Under the pieces are notes generated by a model. The model had not been told where the DNA came from and did no database searches. It worked only from the letters and a program-made list of their open reading frames with translations. A stretch of DNA of 38,255 nucleotides from the NCBI RefSeq assembly GCF_001194135.2, contig NC_068996.1:32219461-32257715 (forward strand), given 5' to 3'. Shown in pieces: positions 35,620 through 38,255 of this stretch (within the stretch, counting starts at the first letter, position 1; every line of letters starts with the position of its first letter). Source of the stretch: Octopus bimaculoides (taxonomy: Eukaryota). Both the position numbers and the translations under genes were made by a program.

Positions 35620-36540
35620 ATTGACTAGGTGGCAGCAGTAGTGGTGTTAATGATAATGATGGCGTTGCTTGTGGTTTTTTGGCGATTATGTTGATTGTTA
35701 TAACGATGGTTGTAATAGTGGTTGTGGTGGTGAGTTAATGATTGCAGCGTAGAATGGAATTAAGGTTCTGTGCTTATGTTTTTCGTTGTCAGTGATGGTA
35801 GTTGTGATTTTGGTTGTTGTTGTTGTTGTGGTGATCGTGATGTTGGTGAGAGCGATGGTGATTTTAGTTCTGATGCTTGTGCTGGTGGTGATTGGTTCTG
35901 GTGCCGATTTGAGAATTAAGGATGTTCTTTAATGATATTTGCTTTTAATGATTATGTAGTTGTTTGTTTTGAAGTTGAAAGAGATGATGTGTGTTGATGC
36001 TGTAGTAATGGTGGTGGAAAGTAAAGGTGTTGTTTGTTGTGATGTTTATTGTTTTGCTGATGTTCCTGTGGGTATTGGGGATGGCGGTGTAAAGAAATTA
36101 AAGTTATTTGTGGTATTTATTTTTGCTTATTGTGGCTGTTGATTGTTTTTGTAATGGTGGTAATGGTTGGTCGTTGAAGGCTGCTACTTCCATTCTTAGT
36201 AATCTTGTTTACTCTTAGTATCTTAATATTATACCATTCTCAGTAGTGTAGCAGTGGATTTGGTTGAGTTTCTCGTGGTAGTGAGTGTAGTTGAAGTAGT
36301 AATCATATTAGGGAGATGGTTATGGTGAGCATGACACGGTTTATAGTTGTTAAATATCTGATTGCTGGAGTTAATGCTATTGCTGTAATGTTTTTACTGT
36401 TCTTCGTCGAAATGATTATGATTATGTTGGTGGTGCTGGTAGTGGTGGTGATGGTGATGGTGATGGTGGTGGCGGAGACGGCTCAGATGGTAGTGGATGG
36501 TGACAGTGGAAATCAGAGATAATGTGGTGATGATGGCGGT
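35620..36540. repeat. Degenerate trinucleotide field (GTT/GGT/GAT/AGT)
   Basis: About 900 bp of G/T-rich 3-periodic low-complexity sequence; yields the V/M-rich ORFs. Confidence 0.8.
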
Positions 36541-37275
36541 AAGGCTAATATAAGAGTAAGGCTAATATAAGAGTATGTGTTTACGGGATGTAGTGAGTGT
36601 ATAATTTAGTTTATTTCAGTCTGACCATGTCATTGAGTAAGGTATGAACATCATAAATTCTCATTTATGTATGACTGCAAAGAAGAAGTGGGATTAATTA
36701 TTATTCTTTAATTTTATACGAACATTAGTGACATAAATAAAATGAAATAGTTAGTGACAACAATCCACTGTATTGATGTAATTCTTTATTAATAGTGTTT
36801 GTTTTATTTTAGTTTAGTTAGTTTTTGGTTATCATATTTGCACTTTTGATAGCGAAGTCTTCTGAAGTCCGTCATTTACATGAATTTTAGTTGTGTAAAT
36901 GAATTGAATTCATTCAAACTGAAAATTGAAGCAATGTGGCGGTCTCAGAACTCAGGAAGCTTACCGTTATACTATGATACCTATTGGTTATGTTTGATTA
37001 TGCACAAACCAATGTTTGTAAAACTCATTCTGTTTCTGATATTTATCTCATTAATCTTAATAATCTATTAATTATTAATTTACAACCTTCATACATAAAT
37101 TAGCAGACAAGAAAAGTATTCATACTGAATACGTTGCCGTGACTGAATAAGCTCTAACCCTTTCCCATACGCATGAAAAATGTTTGAAGGATTTCTGAGT
37201 TCAAGTATTTTGCTTAACCACTTGCACCGAACTAATTTCACAACAGTATAAGTATTCCATATTTTCTGATTTCAG

Positions 37276-37427
37276 CAGCCATAAAGGAGTATCTTTAAAT
37301 ATAATAGCCTGGAGAGAAGATATTGTTCCTGATCTTTTACAAAATATTGGCACTGTATGTATTTGTATAAATGCAAGCAGTGGGCAGAAACTAAACATAT
37401 ACTTCATCATGGACATGACGAGCACAT
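37276..37427 (+). CDS. Candidate internal exon (152 nt, phase 2 to 1) ending in a vWA-like first beta-strand
   Basis: Acceptor ATTTTCTGATTTCAG(CAG) and donor GTAAGA at 37428 bound 50 open codons: SHKGVSLNIIAWREDIVPDLLQNIGTVCICINASSGQKLNIYFIMDMTST. KLNIYFIMDMTS resembles the vWA strand A leading into a MIDAS-type D-x-S/T motif. It lies in non-repetitive sequence. Confidence 0.45.
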
Positions 37428-38111
37428 GTAAGAGAAAGTTCAAAAGAGAAACTGTCTGTGCACGCGTGTGTGAGGGAAAGAAATATGTACATACATAACA
37501 TGTATACGTACACAGGCGTATACATGTATTTACATATAAATGTCTAAGTGGGAGAATTGCATATTATTTTAGCATAGAAAATGTTTCAAATTTAAATATC
37601 CAATTAACAAAATAAGATGATGATTATTACATGAACTGACTAATGGATCTGTTTCGGCATGATTCAATACAGTAACAGTAAAAAGTAACGATCATTAGTA
37701 TGCTGTGGGGAAAAGCTATAATATTTTGCAGAGTGCTACATAGATTTTTCCAATTAAGGGCTGTGCATAAAATGCAATTTTTTTTCTTTTAATAGCAGGC
37801 TAAAATACCTAATTTCTTTCCTTTTTACACACTTATCAATTAACACATATTTACAACAGATGCTTTAGGACACTGAAACATTGATGACGTATAATGTAAG
37901 ACATTTATGATTGACGATATTTTGTTTTATATATTGTCACTACTCCCACATAAGTTATTCGCAGCATCCATATTTTCAAACTTTGTCACTTGCTCTAGTT
38001 GTCGCTCTGTATTTACTTATATATACTTAATCAATATATATATGTTGCATACACTCATATTTATCTATCACTCGATTCTTCTCTTTCTCTCTCTTTGTAT
38101 ATAAGGAGGAT

Positions 38112-38157
<46 letters not shown>

Positions 38158-38255
38158 GGTATGTGAGTTTAAAGTCGTTACTTAAAAACGTGTAAATACG
38201 AAGTATCCAATGCAAAAGAGGTTATTCACATCCGTACCCCAAGAACAAAAGAAAG

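Noticed and set aside
36541-36574. 17-bp perfect tandem duplication AAGGCTAATATAAGAGT x2
   Set aside because: An ordinary slippage or duplication event; there is no spacer, so it is neither a CRISPR unit nor a TSD around an insert.
36880-37071. 63-aa + strand ORF near the candidate exon
   Set aside because: Weak donor (TTT/GTAAAA), phase incompatible with the 37276 exon, and no motif.
1-38255. CRISPR array, rRNA genes or prokaryotic operons
   Set aside because: No regularly spaced repeat-spacer units, rRNA-like segments or dense ORFs; the DNA is eukaryotic repeat-rich sequence.

Overview
AT-rich, microsatellite-saturated eukaryotic genomic DNA with four N-gaps. The two SINE families and the LINE peptides resemble octopod (Octopus-like) repeats as I recall them, so the taxon is inferred rather than database-verified. 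No intact gene, rRNA, tRNA or CRISPR array is visible, and most ORFs in the supplied track are microsatellite, gap or antisense artefacts. The recognisable content is decayed mobile DNA: a Chapaev-type transposase relic, two different Penelope-like elements (PLEs), an RTE-clade LINE fragment, three Tx1/L1-clade fragments, an R4-clade LINE, a 228-bp mariner derivative, a ~750-bp TIR element embedded in (TA)n, and several tRNA-derived SINEs. The most unusual structure is at 22.9-26.9 kb, where an R4-clade LINE lacks its own RT core and carries a co-oriented PLE RT plus GIY-YIG segment in its place. Weaker signals are three phase-compatible candidate + strand exons (one ending in a vWA-like strand) and a possible NACHT-domain pseudogene.
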